64,000 bases of DNA from Candidatus Latescibacterota bacterium (lineage in GTDB: Bacteria > Latescibacterota > UBA2968 > GCA-2709665), in assembly GCA_965116875.1 (NCBI GenBank), contig OZ220733.1:2880001-2944000 (forward strand), written 5' to 3'. Positions within the stretch are counted from its first letter, which is position 1; every line of letters begins with the position of its first letter. This document shows, piece by piece, positions 1 to 10,892 of the stretch. The notes under the pieces are model-generated. The model did not search any database. It was not told the DNA's origin and was given only the letters and a program-made list of their open reading frames with translations. The position numbers and the translations under genes are program-made.

Positions 1-108
1 CAGCGCGCATTGATGAACCCCCCCTTCGCCAGCAGACGGCCGAGCCTCGTGCCGCTGATGGAAGAAGAGGAAACGCGCCTGGAAGCCGCATCCGGACGAA
101 AGGCCTGA
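1..108 (+). CDS. 3' end of an upstream CDS (partial, unknown product)
   Basis: Frame 1 is open from the window edge (QRALMNPPF...EAASGRKA) to TGA at 106-108, shortly before the RBS (GAGGT) of the next gene. Confidence 0.4.
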   Translation, partial: QRALMNPPFASRRPSLVPLMEEEETRLEAASGRKA

Positions 109-140
109 GTCGCTCGCCCGGTTTTTGCCGAGAGGTCCAT

Positions 141-2495
141 ATGCTCAATTCTTCATACGTGGACGCCGCGCTGGTGGAAATGATCATGCTGGCGATGCCT
201 CTCGTACTGCCCTGCCTGGGCGCGGTATTCTACCTTTCGAGGGATGGCGACGACTCGGGCCCGGGCGGACGCGAGTCTCCCTGGCGAAGCATCGATCGCG
301 CGAATGCCGGCGCGGGGCCGGGCGACACCGTGGTCTTTATGCCGGGGAACTACCAGGGCACGATCGCGCCGAAGTCCGATGGGAGACCGGATGCGCCCAT
401 TCGATTCCGGTCGGAAACGAGGCACGCGGCGGCGCTTGCGGGCGGAGGCGGGAAACGGCCGGCAGTGGATCTGCGGCGGAAACAGGACATCGGCATTGAA
501 GGCTTCCGGTTTGCACCCGGCGACGGGCGGTGGATGCGTGCCGATGAATGCCACCGCCTTTCCGTAACGGGTTGTTATATGGAGAAAGCAGGCGACGCAA
601 CGCCGTTCGTGTTGACCGGATGCGAGCATGTCCGGCTCATCGACAACGTGTTCCGCAAGGACCGCGTTGGCGGCAATATGTGCCAGGTCGTCGAATGTAC
701 GTACGTCGTCATCGAGGGAAACGCGTTCTCGCGGGTCGGGCATTGTCCGCTGCAGATTTCCATGACGAACAATCTGGTGGTACGGTCGAATTGCTTCCAC
801 AATCCGTGGGGGCGCAACTATGAATTCTGGGCTTCGGGAAGAGTCCTGGTTGAAGGAAATATCGTTACCGAGGCGCTCGACAGCGCGCATTCGGCCGACA
901 GCCGGGCAAAGAATCTGCTGATCGACGGCATCATCCGCTTCAACCGGGTCTTCGGCAACCGGCATACGCCGCTCAATTCATCGAGTTACGTCCCTGTTAA
1001 TTATCACGTACGGGATCCTTTCCGCTTCGTCAATTCCAGGGTGTACCACAATACGATCGCGGACAATCTCGGATACGGGTGGGAACTTGCCGGGATCAAC
1101 GTAAGCGCGAATGTGTTCGTCAACAATATTTTCTACCGGAATGACACGTACGGGGGCGGCGTCCAGATCGCGAGAGGCGCGGGAATCGCGGGTGACAACC
1201 TGTTTCTGAACAACGTGTTCCGGGGCACGGAGGCCGGACAGCGGGTGGTGCAGTACGGTGACCGGTCCCGCTCGGTGGACGAGGTCAACAGGGACTCGGT
1301 GGTCCGGGGACACTGGCGGGAATTCGAGGACAATCTCGACGTCGATCCCTGCTTTGTGGATCCGGAAAACCGCGATTTCCGCCTGCGCCCCGACAGTCCG
1401 TGCATCGACGCGGGACGTGCGCTGACGCGGACGAGACGTGCCGGGCGGAGTCGGAAGGTCCCTGTCGACGACGGCAGATACTTCTACGACGGGTTCGGGA
1501 TCGAAGGCGAGAAGGGAGACCGGGTCGCCATAGGGAGCGGCGATCGGACCGCCCGCATCCGGAAAATCCTGCTCAACTATTACCAGCCGGACGTGCTCGT
1601 TCTGGACCGGGAGATGGAATGGGACGCCGGCGCGCCGGTTAGTCTTCCGTGGTCGGGAGCGGCGCCGGATATCGGCGCGTACCAGCGTGCATCGGGGGCT
1701 CCGGGGCGTCTGATCGCGAGGGCCGAGCCGGTCAGGGTGGAACCAGGGGATGAAGTCAGATTTCACGTCGAGCCTGCGGAAACGGACGCCGCGGCAGTCC
1801 GGTGGGACTTCGGCGACGGCGACACAATGGAAGCGCGGAAAGCCGTTCACGTGTATGAGGACTGCGGCCACTATCCGTCTCGGGTCAGGGCGAGGAACGC
1901 GGACGGTGACGATGACGTAGACGTGGCGTTTGTCAAGGTGGAGCGGCCCCGTGATCCGCATGCGCCGATGCTTGTGGTCGATTTCGAAGAAGAGACAACG
2001 CTGGATTGGGGGTACCTGTTCAAAATCTACCGTGGAAACCGGCTGACAGGCCACAGTTTCGTTACCGGCGGTATCGGGGGTAGCCGGTGCGTTCGGCTCT
2101 TCGCTGAGGCAGACGGGTCCGACCTGGGGTGCAGTCTCGCTCCCGGGGAATGGGATATCGATACCTACCCCTTAATCAGGTTCGCCTACCGGATACCCGA
2201 GGGGGTTCCGGTGGGACTGTGGCTCCAACCGTTTCCGGCGGAAGCCTACGGGGAGGGGGTTGTGATTGCGGGAGGTACGTCGTCGCGCGATTGCGGTCCA
2301 TACCCGGATACGGACACATGCGCGTTGCTGGATGACGACCAATGGCACATTGCGGAACTGGATGCGCGGACGATTCGCGAACACATCGAGGAAGTCCGTC
2401 AGTTGCGGCGGTTCCGGTTCTATACGCACGGAAACGCAAGAGAAGGACAGCACTTCTGGTTCGACGAGTTCGCGATTCTACCGGCTGAGGGATAG
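141..2495 (+). CDS. Right-handed parallel beta-helix protein with PKD domain (probable polysaccharide lyase/hydrolase-like)
   Basis: 784 aa. N-terminal YLSRDGDDSGPG..PWRSI and PGDTVVFMPGNY motifs, Asn-rich beta-helix repeats, DFRLRPDSPCIDAG and APDIGAY, PKD signature WDFGDG. GAGGT RBS upstream. Confidence 0.8.
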   Translation: MLNSSYVDAALVEMIMLAMPLVLPCLGAVFYLSRDGDDSGPGGRESPWRSIDRANAGAGPGDTVVFMPGNYQGTIAPKSDGRPDAPIRFRSETRHAAALAGGGGKRPAVDLRRKQDIGIEGFRFAPGDGRWMRADECHRLSVTGCYMEKAGDATPFVLTGCEHVRLIDNVFRKDRVGGNMCQVVECTYVVIEGNAFSRVGHCPLQISMTNNLVVRSNCFHNPWGRNYEFWASGRVLVEGNIVTEALDSAHSADSRAKNLLIDGIIRFNRVFGNRHTPLNSSSYVPVNYHVRDPFRFVNSRVYHNTIADNLGYGWELAGINVSANVFVNNIFYRNDTYGGGVQIARGAGIAGDNLFLNNVFRGTEAGQRVVQYGDRSRSVDEVNRDSVVRGHWREFEDNLDVDPCFVDPENRDFRLRPDSPCIDAGRALTRTRRAGRSRKVPVDDGRYFYDGFGIEGEKGDRVAIGSGDRTARIRKILLNYYQPDVLVLDREMEWDAGAPVSLPWSGAAPDIGAYQRASGAPGRLIARAEPVRVEPGDEVRFHVEPAETDAAAVRWDFGDGDTMEARKAVHVYEDCGHYPSRVRARNADGDDDVDVAFVKVERPRDPHAPMLVVDFEEETTLDWGYLFKIYRGNRLTGHSFVTGGIGGSRCVRLFAEADGSDLGCSLAPGEWDIDTYPLIRFAYRIPEGVPVGLWLQPFPAEAYGEGVVIAGGTSSRDCGPYPDTDTCALLDDDQWHIAELDARTIREHIEEVRQLRRFRFYTHGNAREGQHFWFDEFAILPAEG

Positions 2496-2527
2496 ACTCC
2501 CCAACCAAAAAGCGGAATAATACGAAT

Positions 2528-4513
2528 ATGGACCCATCCGGGGTGAAATCCCTTTCGGATTCACAGCCTGCGAGAATGAGGGAAGGGATCACCCTCCGCG
2601 CGGTGGTTATCGGTGTGCTGGCCGTCGTCGCGATCAACCTCTGGGTAACCTATGCGGAAACGGTCGTACGCTCCTCCCGTCTCAATCTGAGTTTTTTTCA
2701 GCTGACGCTGCTGAGCATATTCATCGCCCTGGTGGGCGGGGTGAACCCATTGCTCCGGCGGATCCGGCCGCGCGCCGTTCTGTCTCCTTCCGAGCTGTTG
2801 ACGGTGGCGGCGATCGGGATGGTGGGCTCGGTGGTGCCGACGTCCGGGGTCACCGGGTTCCTGGTGGGTGTGATCGGCAGTCCGATCTATTTCGCAACGC
2901 CGGAGAACGGGTGGGCGGAGTACTACCATCCGCATCTTCAGGCGTGGATGGTCCCGTCCGACAGAGACGCGCTGCGGGCGTTTTTCGAGGGCGGCGCAGA
3001 CGGGGCCGACGCCTGGCAGGCGTGGCTGGCGCCGCTGGCGTGGTGGGGCAGCCTGGTCGCCGCGCTCCTTGTAGGTTCTGCCTGCGTTATGGTCATTCTG
3101 CGCAGGCAGTGGGCCGAGAACGAAAAGCTGGTCTACCCCCTTGCCGCCGTGCCCATCGAAATGGCGGAGGGCGCGTCGTCCCGGAGCGCGCTTCCGGATT
3201 TCATGAGGGGCCGGCTCTTCTGGTTCGGCGCCGTTTTCGCGTTCGCGCTGTTCGCCTGGCACGCAACGTCATGGTTCTTTCACGGGATGCCCGGCATCCG
3301 GTTCTTTCCCCACGCGGGCTACTTTCGCTTCACCCGCTATTCCCCGGGCGTCTATATCCAGCCCCTGCAGTTCTACACCATCGGGTTTGCGTATTTCGCC
3401 AACCTGCAGGTCCTGTTCAGCGTCTGGTTCTTTTTCCTTGTGCACGTGGTGGAAGGCGGCATCTTCAACCGCCTGGGGTACCAGATCGAGCGGTCCACCG
3501 ATACGTTCAGCGCGGATCCGCCCACGGAGGCGTGGCAGTGCTTCGGCGCGCTGGCATGCCTGGTCGCCTGGCGGCTGTGGGTCGCCCGCACCCATCTGAG
3601 GGACGTATTCCTCAAGGCGCTGCGGCCGGACCATCCGCTGGACGACGGCCGGGAGGTTCTTTCATACCGGGCATCGGTCCTGGGCCTGCTGCTGAGCGCG
3701 ATTTACGCGCTGTTCTGGCTCCATCGGTCCGGCATGGACGCGATTTCGGCGGCGATGTTCCTGTTTGCCCTCGGCATTATCTATATCGGGCTTGCCCGAG
3801 TGGTGTCCGAGGCCGGAGTGGCGTACGCGCAAGGCACGGTGACGCCGCAGGCTTTCGTGATGGACCTGCGGGGCACCTACGGACTCTCGGGCGCCTGCCT
3901 CACGTCCATCGCGCTCTCCTACGCGCTGATCGACTATATGCGAGGACTCTTCACGCCCGGGCTGGCGCAGGCGGTGCGGCTGGCGGACCGGATCCGGGGA
4001 AACCGGCGCCTCCTGCTGTTCTGCGTAACGGTGGGCGTGTTCGCGGGTCTCGTCTCATCGATCTGGTTCACGTTATACCTGGGCCACACGCACGGCGCGT
4101 ACAACTTCTCCCGGCTGTTCTTCAACGGGAATCCGAAGGCGGTCTTTTCCACCACGCTGGGGCAGATGCGCACGCCGGGGGCGCCCGAGTTGAGCCGGGT
4201 GTTGTTCTTCGGGATCGGCGCGGGCCTGATGGCTGTGCTCACGTTTCTGCGGTACCGCTTTTCCTGGTGGCCGATCCACCCCATCGGACTGGCCGTGGCC
4301 GCCGCGGATAACGTGTACAGCCTGGCGATGCCTGTATTCATGGCTTGGGCCGCGAAGGCGGTCGTCATGCGCGTGGGCGGGGTCGCCCTCTACCGCCGGT
4401 CCAAGCCGCTGTTCCTGGGTCTGCTGGTGGGATACACGGCTGGCGTCGTACTGGCCTTTACCGTCGACGCCCTCTGGTTTCCCGGGCAGGGCCACCAGGT
4501 GCACTGGTGGTAG
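2528..4513 (+). CDS. DUF6785/DUF6784-type polytopic membrane protein (putative transporter), paralog 1
   Basis: 661 aa, many TM segments. Motifs GITLRAV, YFATPEN.W, LRRQW..EKLVYPL, RYRFSWWPIHPIG, GGVALYRR..P.FLGL are shared with the paralogs at 4633 and 20109. Confidence 0.8.
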   Translation: MDPSGVKSLSDSQPARMREGITLRAVVIGVLAVVAINLWVTYAETVVRSSRLNLSFFQLTLLSIFIALVGGVNPLLRRIRPRAVLSPSELLTVAAIGMVGSVVPTSGVTGFLVGVIGSPIYFATPENGWAEYYHPHLQAWMVPSDRDALRAFFEGGADGADAWQAWLAPLAWWGSLVAALLVGSACVMVILRRQWAENEKLVYPLAAVPIEMAEGASSRSALPDFMRGRLFWFGAVFAFALFAWHATSWFFHGMPGIRFFPHAGYFRFTRYSPGVYIQPLQFYTIGFAYFANLQVLFSVWFFFLVHVVEGGIFNRLGYQIERSTDTFSADPPTEAWQCFGALACLVAWRLWVARTHLRDVFLKALRPDHPLDDGREVLSYRASVLGLLLSAIYALFWLHRSGMDAISAAMFLFALGIIYIGLARVVSEAGVAYAQGTVTPQAFVMDLRGTYGLSGACLTSIALSYALIDYMRGLFTPGLAQAVRLADRIRGNRRLLLFCVTVGVFAGLVSSIWFTLYLGHTHGAYNFSRLFFNGNPKAVFSTTLGQMRTPGAPELSRVLFFGIGAGLMAVLTFLRYRFSWWPIHPIGLAVAAADNVYSLAMPVFMAWAAKAVVMRVGGVALYRRSKPLFLGLLVGYTAGVVLAFTVDALWFPGQGHQVHWW

Positions 4514-4632
4514 CCGGCAGCGTTTGCGAGGCCCCCGCCGATTGAACCTGCCGATCTTCCGTTTCCGGCGCATGCGGAAGGATTTGCCACGCGCCGGGAT
4601 CTCTCGTCTGAAGCCCATTCGAAGTCATACCC

Positions 4633-6603
4633 ATGGAATCGTCGCCGATACACGACGCGGAGCCCCTGACCGGAACCCCGAGGGATACGAGAAGCGGAGT
4701 CACGCCGAGGTCCGTCGGAATCGGTCTGCTGATGGTGGTCTTCGTCAACTTCTGGATCCTCTACTCTCTGTACCTGATCCGGGCGTCGTGGCTGCAGGTG
4801 ACCCATTTTCCCATGGGGCTGTTCGTGCCCTTTATGCTCCTGGCGTTGTTCGTCAATCCCGTACTCAAGGCGCTCGGGCGCGGCAGGGGCCTGTCCCGGT
4901 CGGAGATTCTGGTGGTGGCCGCGATGGGGTTGACCGGTGCGATGGTCCCCGGCTTCAGTCTGATGACCACGCTGTTGGGAACCATCTCGGTCCCGTATTA
5001 CCTGGCCACCCCGGAAAACCAGTGGAGCGCTTTCTTTCATCTCCACATGCCGGACTGGATCGCGCCGCAGAACCGGGGCGGAACGATGCGGATGCTGTTC
5101 GAAGGCCTCCCTTCGAGGGATGCCCCGATTCCACTGGGCGCCTGGGCCGGACCGCTGAGCTGGTGGATGGCCCTCGTGGGCGCCTTCGCCTTCGCTTCGA
5201 TGTGCCTGATGGTGGTCCTGCGCCGGCAGTGGGTGGAATACGAGCGCCTGGTGTACCCGCTCGCGCAGGTGGCCGCCGACATGGCCGGCGATGTACGGGA
5301 CGGAGGCTCGTTTCCGGGGTTCACGCGGACCCGTGCGTTCAAGTTCGGATTCGGGGCGGCCACCCTGGTGATGACCTGGAACATGATGTCGCATTTCGCG
5401 CCGGGGTTTCCCGAGATTCCTCTCGGCATCCCGTCGCGATGGACCACGTTCTTCAAGGGGTTTCCACCGCTCCACACCACCATCAATTTCTATACGATCG
5501 GCTTCGCGTATCTGGCCAATCTGGACGTCCTCTTCAGCATCTGGTTCTTCCACTTCATGGCGATGTGGGAGGTCTTTGCCTTCGGGCGCCTGGGCGTCGG
5601 CGGGATCTCCGGCGGGGCGGCCGTGTCGTGGCAGAGTATCGGCGCGCTGTGTACACTGGTGGTGTGGGGGCTGTGGACCGCCCGGAAGCACCTGCGCCAG
5701 GTCCTCAGAGGGGCGCTCCATCCGTCCGGCGACGACGCCGAGGAGATCCTGTCCTACCGGACGGCCGTTTCCGGCGCGGCGTTGAGTCTGGTCTTCATCG
5801 TTGCGTGGTTTTATAATACTGGCATGGGTCTGCTTCTCTCTTCCGTGCTGGTCCTGCTCTTTTTCATTACCTATTTAGGCATTGCGCGGGTGGTGGCGCA
5901 GTCCGGCCTGCTGTACGTCAGCTCGCCCATGTTCCCGCAGACCGCGATCCTGCGCACCGTCGGCCCGGCCGCGATCCCCGGGCGCGCGATGACCGCGCTG
6001 GCATTCTCCTTCGCCCTGCGCAACGACGGCCGCGGGCTGTTCATGCCGGCGCTCGCGCACGTGGCGAAAATCGGCGACCTGATCGGGGGAAACCGGCGGC
6101 GGCTGGGCCTTGCCGTCGCGCTGGGCCTGGTCGGGGCCGTGGCGACGTCGGTCGGTCTGACGCTCTACTGGGGGTATACGATCGGCGCGTACAATTTCGG
6201 GAGCATTGCGCTTTTGCGGCGCACGGTGCCTACCTTCAATTCATTCGTGAGCATGATGTCCAGCCCGGACCCTGTGAAACCCGAGGTCTTCGGGTACTTC
6301 GGCGCCGGCTGCGCCGCGATGCTTGCGCTCACGTTTCTGCGTTACCGCGTTCCCTGGTGGCCGCTGCACCCGCTGGGCCTGGCCGTTACCTGGTCGGGAA
6401 TGACGGTGCATTCGGTACTCTCGGTATTTCTCGCGTGGTCGGTGAAGGCTATCGTACTGAAGGCGGGCGGCGTTTTTCTTTATCGGCGTTCCATTCCCTT
6501 TTTCCTGGGTTTGATGGTCGGGTATGCGCTGAACGTAGGGGTTTCGTTCGTGCTGGACATCACCTGGTTCGGAGGTGAGGGGCACGGGGTTCATGCCTAT
6601 TGA
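4633..6603 (+). CDS. DUF6785/DUF6784-type polytopic membrane protein, paralog 2
   Basis: 656 aa with the same motifs (YLATPENQW, LRRQWVEYERLVYPL, WWPLHPLG). Confidence 0.8.
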   Translation: MESSPIHDAEPLTGTPRDTRSGVTPRSVGIGLLMVVFVNFWILYSLYLIRASWLQVTHFPMGLFVPFMLLALFVNPVLKALGRGRGLSRSEILVVAAMGLTGAMVPGFSLMTTLLGTISVPYYLATPENQWSAFFHLHMPDWIAPQNRGGTMRMLFEGLPSRDAPIPLGAWAGPLSWWMALVGAFAFASMCLMVVLRRQWVEYERLVYPLAQVAADMAGDVRDGGSFPGFTRTRAFKFGFGAATLVMTWNMMSHFAPGFPEIPLGIPSRWTTFFKGFPPLHTTINFYTIGFAYLANLDVLFSIWFFHFMAMWEVFAFGRLGVGGISGGAAVSWQSIGALCTLVVWGLWTARKHLRQVLRGALHPSGDDAEEILSYRTAVSGAALSLVFIVAWFYNTGMGLLLSSVLVLLFFITYLGIARVVAQSGLLYVSSPMFPQTAILRTVGPAAIPGRAMTALAFSFALRNDGRGLFMPALAHVAKIGDLIGGNRRRLGLAVALGLVGAVATSVGLTLYWGYTIGAYNFGSIALLRRTVPTFNSFVSMMSSPDPVKPEVFGYFGAGCAAMLALTFLRYRVPWWPLHPLGLAVTWSGMTVHSVLSVFLAWSVKAIVLKAGGVFLYRRSIPFFLGLMVGYALNVGVSFVLDITWFGGEGHGVHAY

Positions 6604-6622
6604 AGGACGGGAGAAACCTGAA

Positions 6623-7876
6623 ATGAAGATGAGTCGATGGCTATCCGCAGGCTTGTTCTTCCTCTCCGCGCTTACGGCCTGCGGCGGGACCGATGATGGA
6701 TCGCCCGGCGGGAAGGTGACGCTCAGAATCGTATGGATGGGCCCGGAACGGGAAGCATTCCGTGCGTGGAAGAAGGGATTCGAAGCGGAACATCCGGATG
6801 TGAGGATCGAACAGAGGTTCATCCCGTACGATCAGGGTCCGACGGTCTACAATACCATGATTCAGGGGGGCACGCTGCCGGATCTCGGGTATCTGTTCAT
6901 GGGGATGATTTCGGAGTACGCGGAGCGGGGGGTGCTGGAGCCGCTGGACGACTACATGACGGCTGACGAACGCAACGCGTGGATTCCCACGGCGCTGAGC
7001 GCTGGCGAGTACAGGGGAAAGACGTACGGGGTACCGCTGTGGGGCGCGAACCGGGTTCTCTACGCACGCACGGACTGGATGGAAGCGGCGGGGGTGAGTG
7101 CGCCGCCCGAAACCTGGGAAGCGGTCCGGGACCTGGCAATCAAGTTGAACAAGCCGCCCGATCGCTACGGGATCTGTGTGGGAGCGGGAAGGCCGAAACA
7201 CCTGATGCAGGAGCAGATCGCCATGATGTGGGGCTTTGGCGCCGATTTCTTCGACGGCGACGGCAGGCTGGCCATCAACAGCCCCGAGGCGGTGGCGTAC
7301 GTGACGTTTCTCACGGATATGCACCTTGTGGACAGGGCCATGCCGCCGGGCATCCTGAATCTGAACGCGGATGATTGCTATGCGGTTATGGATGCGGGAA
7401 AGGCGGGTCTCACGTTCAGCGGTCCGTGGCAGTACGGGCGGTGCCGGGACGCAGGAGTCGTGTGCGAGCCGCTGATGACGCCGGCGGGACGGGACCGGAA
7501 GATGCTGCTGATTCTGGATATTTTCTCTGTGTTTTCCACGTCGAAGCAGAAAGACCTGGCGTATGACTTCATCCGCTTTACGCAGCGGCCGGAAAACCGC
7601 GAGTTGATGGACGTGGAGAACGGGGGCGTGCCCGTGACCGTGACGGTGTCGGAGCACGCGTATTACAGGACCGTGCCGATCCGCAATTACCTGGCGCAGG
7701 CGGACCTGACCAGGCTCACTCCGAAGCACCCGGAATGGACGAAGATCCAGGATGGATGGGGAGAGGCGATTCAGATGGTGCTGGCGGGTACGGCGTCTCC
7801 GCGGGAGGCGCTGGATACGGTTTATGCGCGTCTGATGAGAGAATTGGAAGACCCCGCGCTACCTCGCGAGGACTAA
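6623..7876 (+). CDS. Carbohydrate ABC transporter substrate-binding lipoprotein (SBP family 1)
   Basis: Lipobox LTAC, FEAEHPDVRIE, G.LEPLDDY, YRGKTYGVP and PPETWE motifs. Start moved from 6575 to ATG 6623, after the upstream stop. Confidence 0.9.
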   Translation: MKMSRWLSAGLFFLSALTACGGTDDGSPGGKVTLRIVWMGPEREAFRAWKKGFEAEHPDVRIEQRFIPYDQGPTVYNTMIQGGTLPDLGYLFMGMISEYAERGVLEPLDDYMTADERNAWIPTALSAGEYRGKTYGVPLWGANRVLYARTDWMEAAGVSAPPETWEAVRDLAIKLNKPPDRYGICVGAGRPKHLMQEQIAMMWGFGADFFDGDGRLAINSPEAVAYVTFLTDMHLVDRAMPPGILNLNADDCYAVMDAGKAGLTFSGPWQYGRCRDAGVVCEPLMTPAGRDRKMLLILDIFSVFSTSKQKDLAYDFIRFTQRPENRELMDVENGGVPVTVTVSEHAYYRTVPIRNYLAQADLTRLTPKHPEWTKIQDGWGEAIQMVLAGTASPREALDTVYARLMRELEDPALPRED

Positions 7877-7884
7877 GAAGCTAT

Positions 7885-8751
7885 ATGGAGCGGGAAAAAC
7901 GACGGCTGGCCTACCTCTACGTCGCCCCCGCGGCGGTGTGGTTGTTTCTATTTATGGGATATCCCATTCTGGACGTGATGGAGACCAGTCTCTACCATAC
8001 GTCCTACAGGGGAGAGACGTTTGCCGGGTTTGGGAATTACCTCGGACTCTTGGAGGACGATCTGTTTCTGCTGGTGCTGAGGAACACGGCGCTGTGGACG
8101 TCACTGGCGGTCGCGATGAACGTGGGATTGGGGCTGGGTGTGGCGCTGCTGTTGAGCCGCGAGTCGGTGTTGAGCGAATGGGTCCGGGGCATGCTGATCC
8201 TGGCGTGGGCAATGCCGCTGGTGGTGGCGGCGATCACCTGGAAGTGGATGTACAACGGCGAATACGGGCACCTGAATTCGCTACTGCTGGGCCTGCATCT
8301 CATCGATACGCCGGTTCAGTGGCTGACGGACGCTTCAACGGCCTTTGCCGGGGCGCTGGTGGCCCGGTTGTGGACGGCACTGCCGTTTACCACGTTCGCA
8401 TTCCTGTCGGCGCTGCAGTCCATCCCCGTCGATCTGTACGAGGCTTCCAGGATTGACGGAGCTACGAAATTCCGCCAATTCCGCCATATCACCCTGCCAC
8501 TCCTGCGTCCGGTTACGCTCGCGGTCCTGCTGGTCAGCGTGATCTGGTCCTTCAACAGCTTTGTCTTCATCTACGTGATCACGGCCGGCGGCCCGGCAAA
8601 CCAGACCCAGATTATGGTCACTGAAATCTACCGGCGCGCGTTCGGCTATTTCAACTTCGGGCAGGCCGGCGCCCTGACCGTTCTGGCGTTCTTCCTGCTG
8701 CTTGGGATCAGTCTTCTTCAGTGGCGGGTGTTCTACAGGCGGGAGGTTTAG
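7885..8751 (+). CDS. Carbohydrate ABC transporter permease (MalF/UgpA-like)
   Basis: EAA loop LYEASRIDGA, FRHITLPLLRP, TAGGP. Start at ATG 7885, just after the SBP stop. Confidence 0.92.
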   Translation: MEREKRRLAYLYVAPAAVWLFLFMGYPILDVMETSLYHTSYRGETFAGFGNYLGLLEDDLFLLVLRNTALWTSLAVAMNVGLGLGVALLLSRESVLSEWVRGMLILAWAMPLVVAAITWKWMYNGEYGHLNSLLLGLHLIDTPVQWLTDASTAFAGALVARLWTALPFTTFAFLSALQSIPVDLYEASRIDGATKFRQFRHITLPLLRPVTLAVLLVSVIWSFNSFVFIYVITAGGPANQTQIMVTEIYRRAFGYFNFGQAGALTVLAFFLLLGISLLQWRVFYRREV

Positions 8752-8753
8752 CG

Positions 8754-9590
8754 ATGAAACCGTCCCGAGTACGACCGGCCGAGGGTTTGCGGGCGCTGCT
8801 GATCGCGGGTGTCGCCGCTTTCGCGCTGTTCCCGTTTCTGGTTGTTGCGGGGACCTCACTGAAGACGTTGGGCGAAGTGTTCCAATCGCCGGCGACGCTG
8901 GTGCCCAGGCTGTTTGCGTGGCAGAATTACGTGGATGTCTTCGTCCGGATTCCAATGGCGCGCCATCTGGCGAACAGTCTGATTATCGCCACGGCAACCA
9001 CGATTTTGAACATTGCCGTGGCGACTCCGGCGGCCTACGCGATGGCGCGCATCAGGTTCCGCGGGCGCGGGGTGTTCGGTCTGGGCATCCTCGTGATGCA
9101 GATGTTTTCCCCGGTGATCGTCCTGATTCCCCTGTTCAAGGTGATGAAGGCGCTCCATCTTCTGGATACGTACGGCGGCCTGATTCTGGTGAATACCGCC
9201 GTTACCCTGCCGTTTTCGATCTGGATACTGGCGGGGTTTTTCAGGGGCATTCCGGAAGAACTGGAAGATGCCGCGATGATCGACGGCCTTTCCCGGACGG
9301 GCATGCTGTTCAGGGTCGCCCTGCCGCTGACCGGGCCCGGGCTGGCGACGACCGCGATCTTCGCGTTCGTGACCGCCTGGAACGAGTTCATCTTCGCGCT
9401 GGTGCTGGTCTCCCGGCGGGAGATGCAGCCGATCACGATGGCGCTCTATTCGTGGGAAAAGAACAACGTCGTGGAATGGAACCTGCTGATGGCGACCGCG
9501 GTGGTGGCGACGGTTCCCACCGTGCTGCTGTTTCTGCTGGTCAGGAAGCGGCTGACCGCGGGCTTGATGTCGGGAGCGGTAAAGTCCTGA
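8754..9590 (+). CDS. Carbohydrate ABC transporter permease (MalG/UgpE-like)
   Basis: IPEELEDAAMIDG, AWNEFIFAL, C-terminal GLMSGAVKS. Confidence 0.92.
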   Translation: MKPSRVRPAEGLRALLIAGVAAFALFPFLVVAGTSLKTLGEVFQSPATLVPRLFAWQNYVDVFVRIPMARHLANSLIIATATTILNIAVATPAAYAMARIRFRGRGVFGLGILVMQMFSPVIVLIPLFKVMKALHLLDTYGGLILVNTAVTLPFSIWILAGFFRGIPEELEDAAMIDGLSRTGMLFRVALPLTGPGLATTAIFAFVTAWNEFIFALVLVSRREMQPITMALYSWEKNNVVEWNLLMATAVVATVPTVLLFLLVRKRLTAGLMSGAVKS

Positions 9591-9616
9591 GCGCGTTCAG
9601 GCCCCGCATCCGTTCG

Positions 9617-10738
9617 CTATTCGGTCGTATCCCGGAGCAGCGCGGCTTCGGTCTCCCGATCGAAAAAGTGGACGGCGGAGAGATCGAATGCCAGCCGGAC
9701 GTCCTCGTCCACCGAGGGTACGGGATCCGCGGCTACCCTGGCCACGCAGGGGGCGCGCCCAACGGTCAGGTAGAGCCAGGTCTCATGTCCCATCGGTTCG
9801 ACGAGCTCGACTTTTGCGGTGACCTCTTCGGACTCGCCGGACCCGCTTGTTGAAGACGCGTAGTGGATGTGCTCGGGGCGAATTCCAAGGATGACGCGGC
9901 GGCCCACGTGTCCTGACAGGCTGTCCCGGCGCCGGTCCGGTATCGGGAGGCGAAGGCCGTCTCTCCGGAACGCGAGGCCGCCGTCCCGGACGAGTTCGCC
10001 CTCGAGGAAATTCATCGACGGGCTGCCGATAAAGCCGGCGACGAACCGGTTCGACGGTCTCCGGTAGAGATGAACAGGGGCGCCGACCTGCTGAATTCGA
10101 CCGTCTCGCATCACCACGAGCCGGTCGCCCATGGTCATTGCCTCGACCTGGTCGTGGGTGACGTAAATCATCGTGGCGGCAAGCCGGGTATGCAGCTTGC
10201 TGAGTTCCGTGCGCATCTGGACCCGCAGTCCGGCGTCCAGGTTGGACAGGGGCTCATCGAAGAGGAAGACCTTCGGTTTCCGAACGATGGCCCGGCCGAG
10301 GGCAACCCGTTGGCGCTCTCCTCCGGACAGTTCCTTCGGCTTGCGGCGCAACAGGTCTTCGATTCCCAGAATGTCCGCCGCTTCACGCACCCGGTCGTCG
10401 ATCTCCTCCCTGGGATATTTTCTCAGTTTCAGCCCGAAGGCCATATTCCGGTAGGCGTCCATATGGGGGTAGAGGGCGTAGTTCTGAAAGACCATCGCGA
10501 TATTCCGGTCTTTGGGCGGAAGGTCGTTCGCCAGGCATCCGTCGATGTGGATTTCACCGCCGGACACCTCTTCCAGGCCCGCAATCAGCCGAAGGGTGGT
10601 CGATTTACCGCATCCGGAAGGCCCCACCAGTACCACGAACTCTCCGTCCTCGACGCAAAGGCTGAAGTCGTCAACCGCGACGGTGTTCCCGTTATAGGTC
10701 TTTCGGACGTCTTTGAGATGTACGGTTGCCATACTCAC
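9617..10738 (-). CDS. Sugar ABC transporter ATP-binding protein (MalK/UgpC family)
   Basis: Walker A GPSGCGKST, VFQNYALYPHM, LSGGERQRVALGRA, DEPLSNLDA, YVTHDQVEAMT, C-terminal TOBE region. Confidence 0.95.
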   Translation of the reverse strand: MSMATVHLKDVRKTYNGNTVAVDDFSLCVEDGEFVVLVGPSGCGKSTTLRLIAGLEEVSGGEIHIDGCLANDLPPKDRNIAMVFQNYALYPHMDAYRNMAFGLKLRKYPREEIDDRVREAADILGIEDLLRRKPKELSGGERQRVALGRAIVRKPKVFLFDEPLSNLDAGLRVQMRTELSKLHTRLAATMIYVTHDQVEAMTMGDRLVVMRDGRIQQVGAPVHLYRRPSNRFVAGFIGSPSMNFLEGELVRDGGLAFRRDGLRLPIPDRRRDSLSGHVGRRVILGIRPEHIHYASSTSGSGESEEVTAKVELVEPMGHETWLYLTVGRAPCVARVAADPVPSVDEDVRLAFDLSAVHFFDRETEAALLRDTTE

Positions 10739-10892
10739 CCTTTCCCGGCCTGTGGCGCGATCAACCGGGTAAAGTAAGCATATCCTTTCGGAATGACAAG
10801 CTCCGCGGGATTCTTGCCGGCCAGCGTCTCGCCGATGGACCGGCCCTCCTGGCAGGCACGGACCGGGGTGCGATCACCGCGCTGAGTCGGGC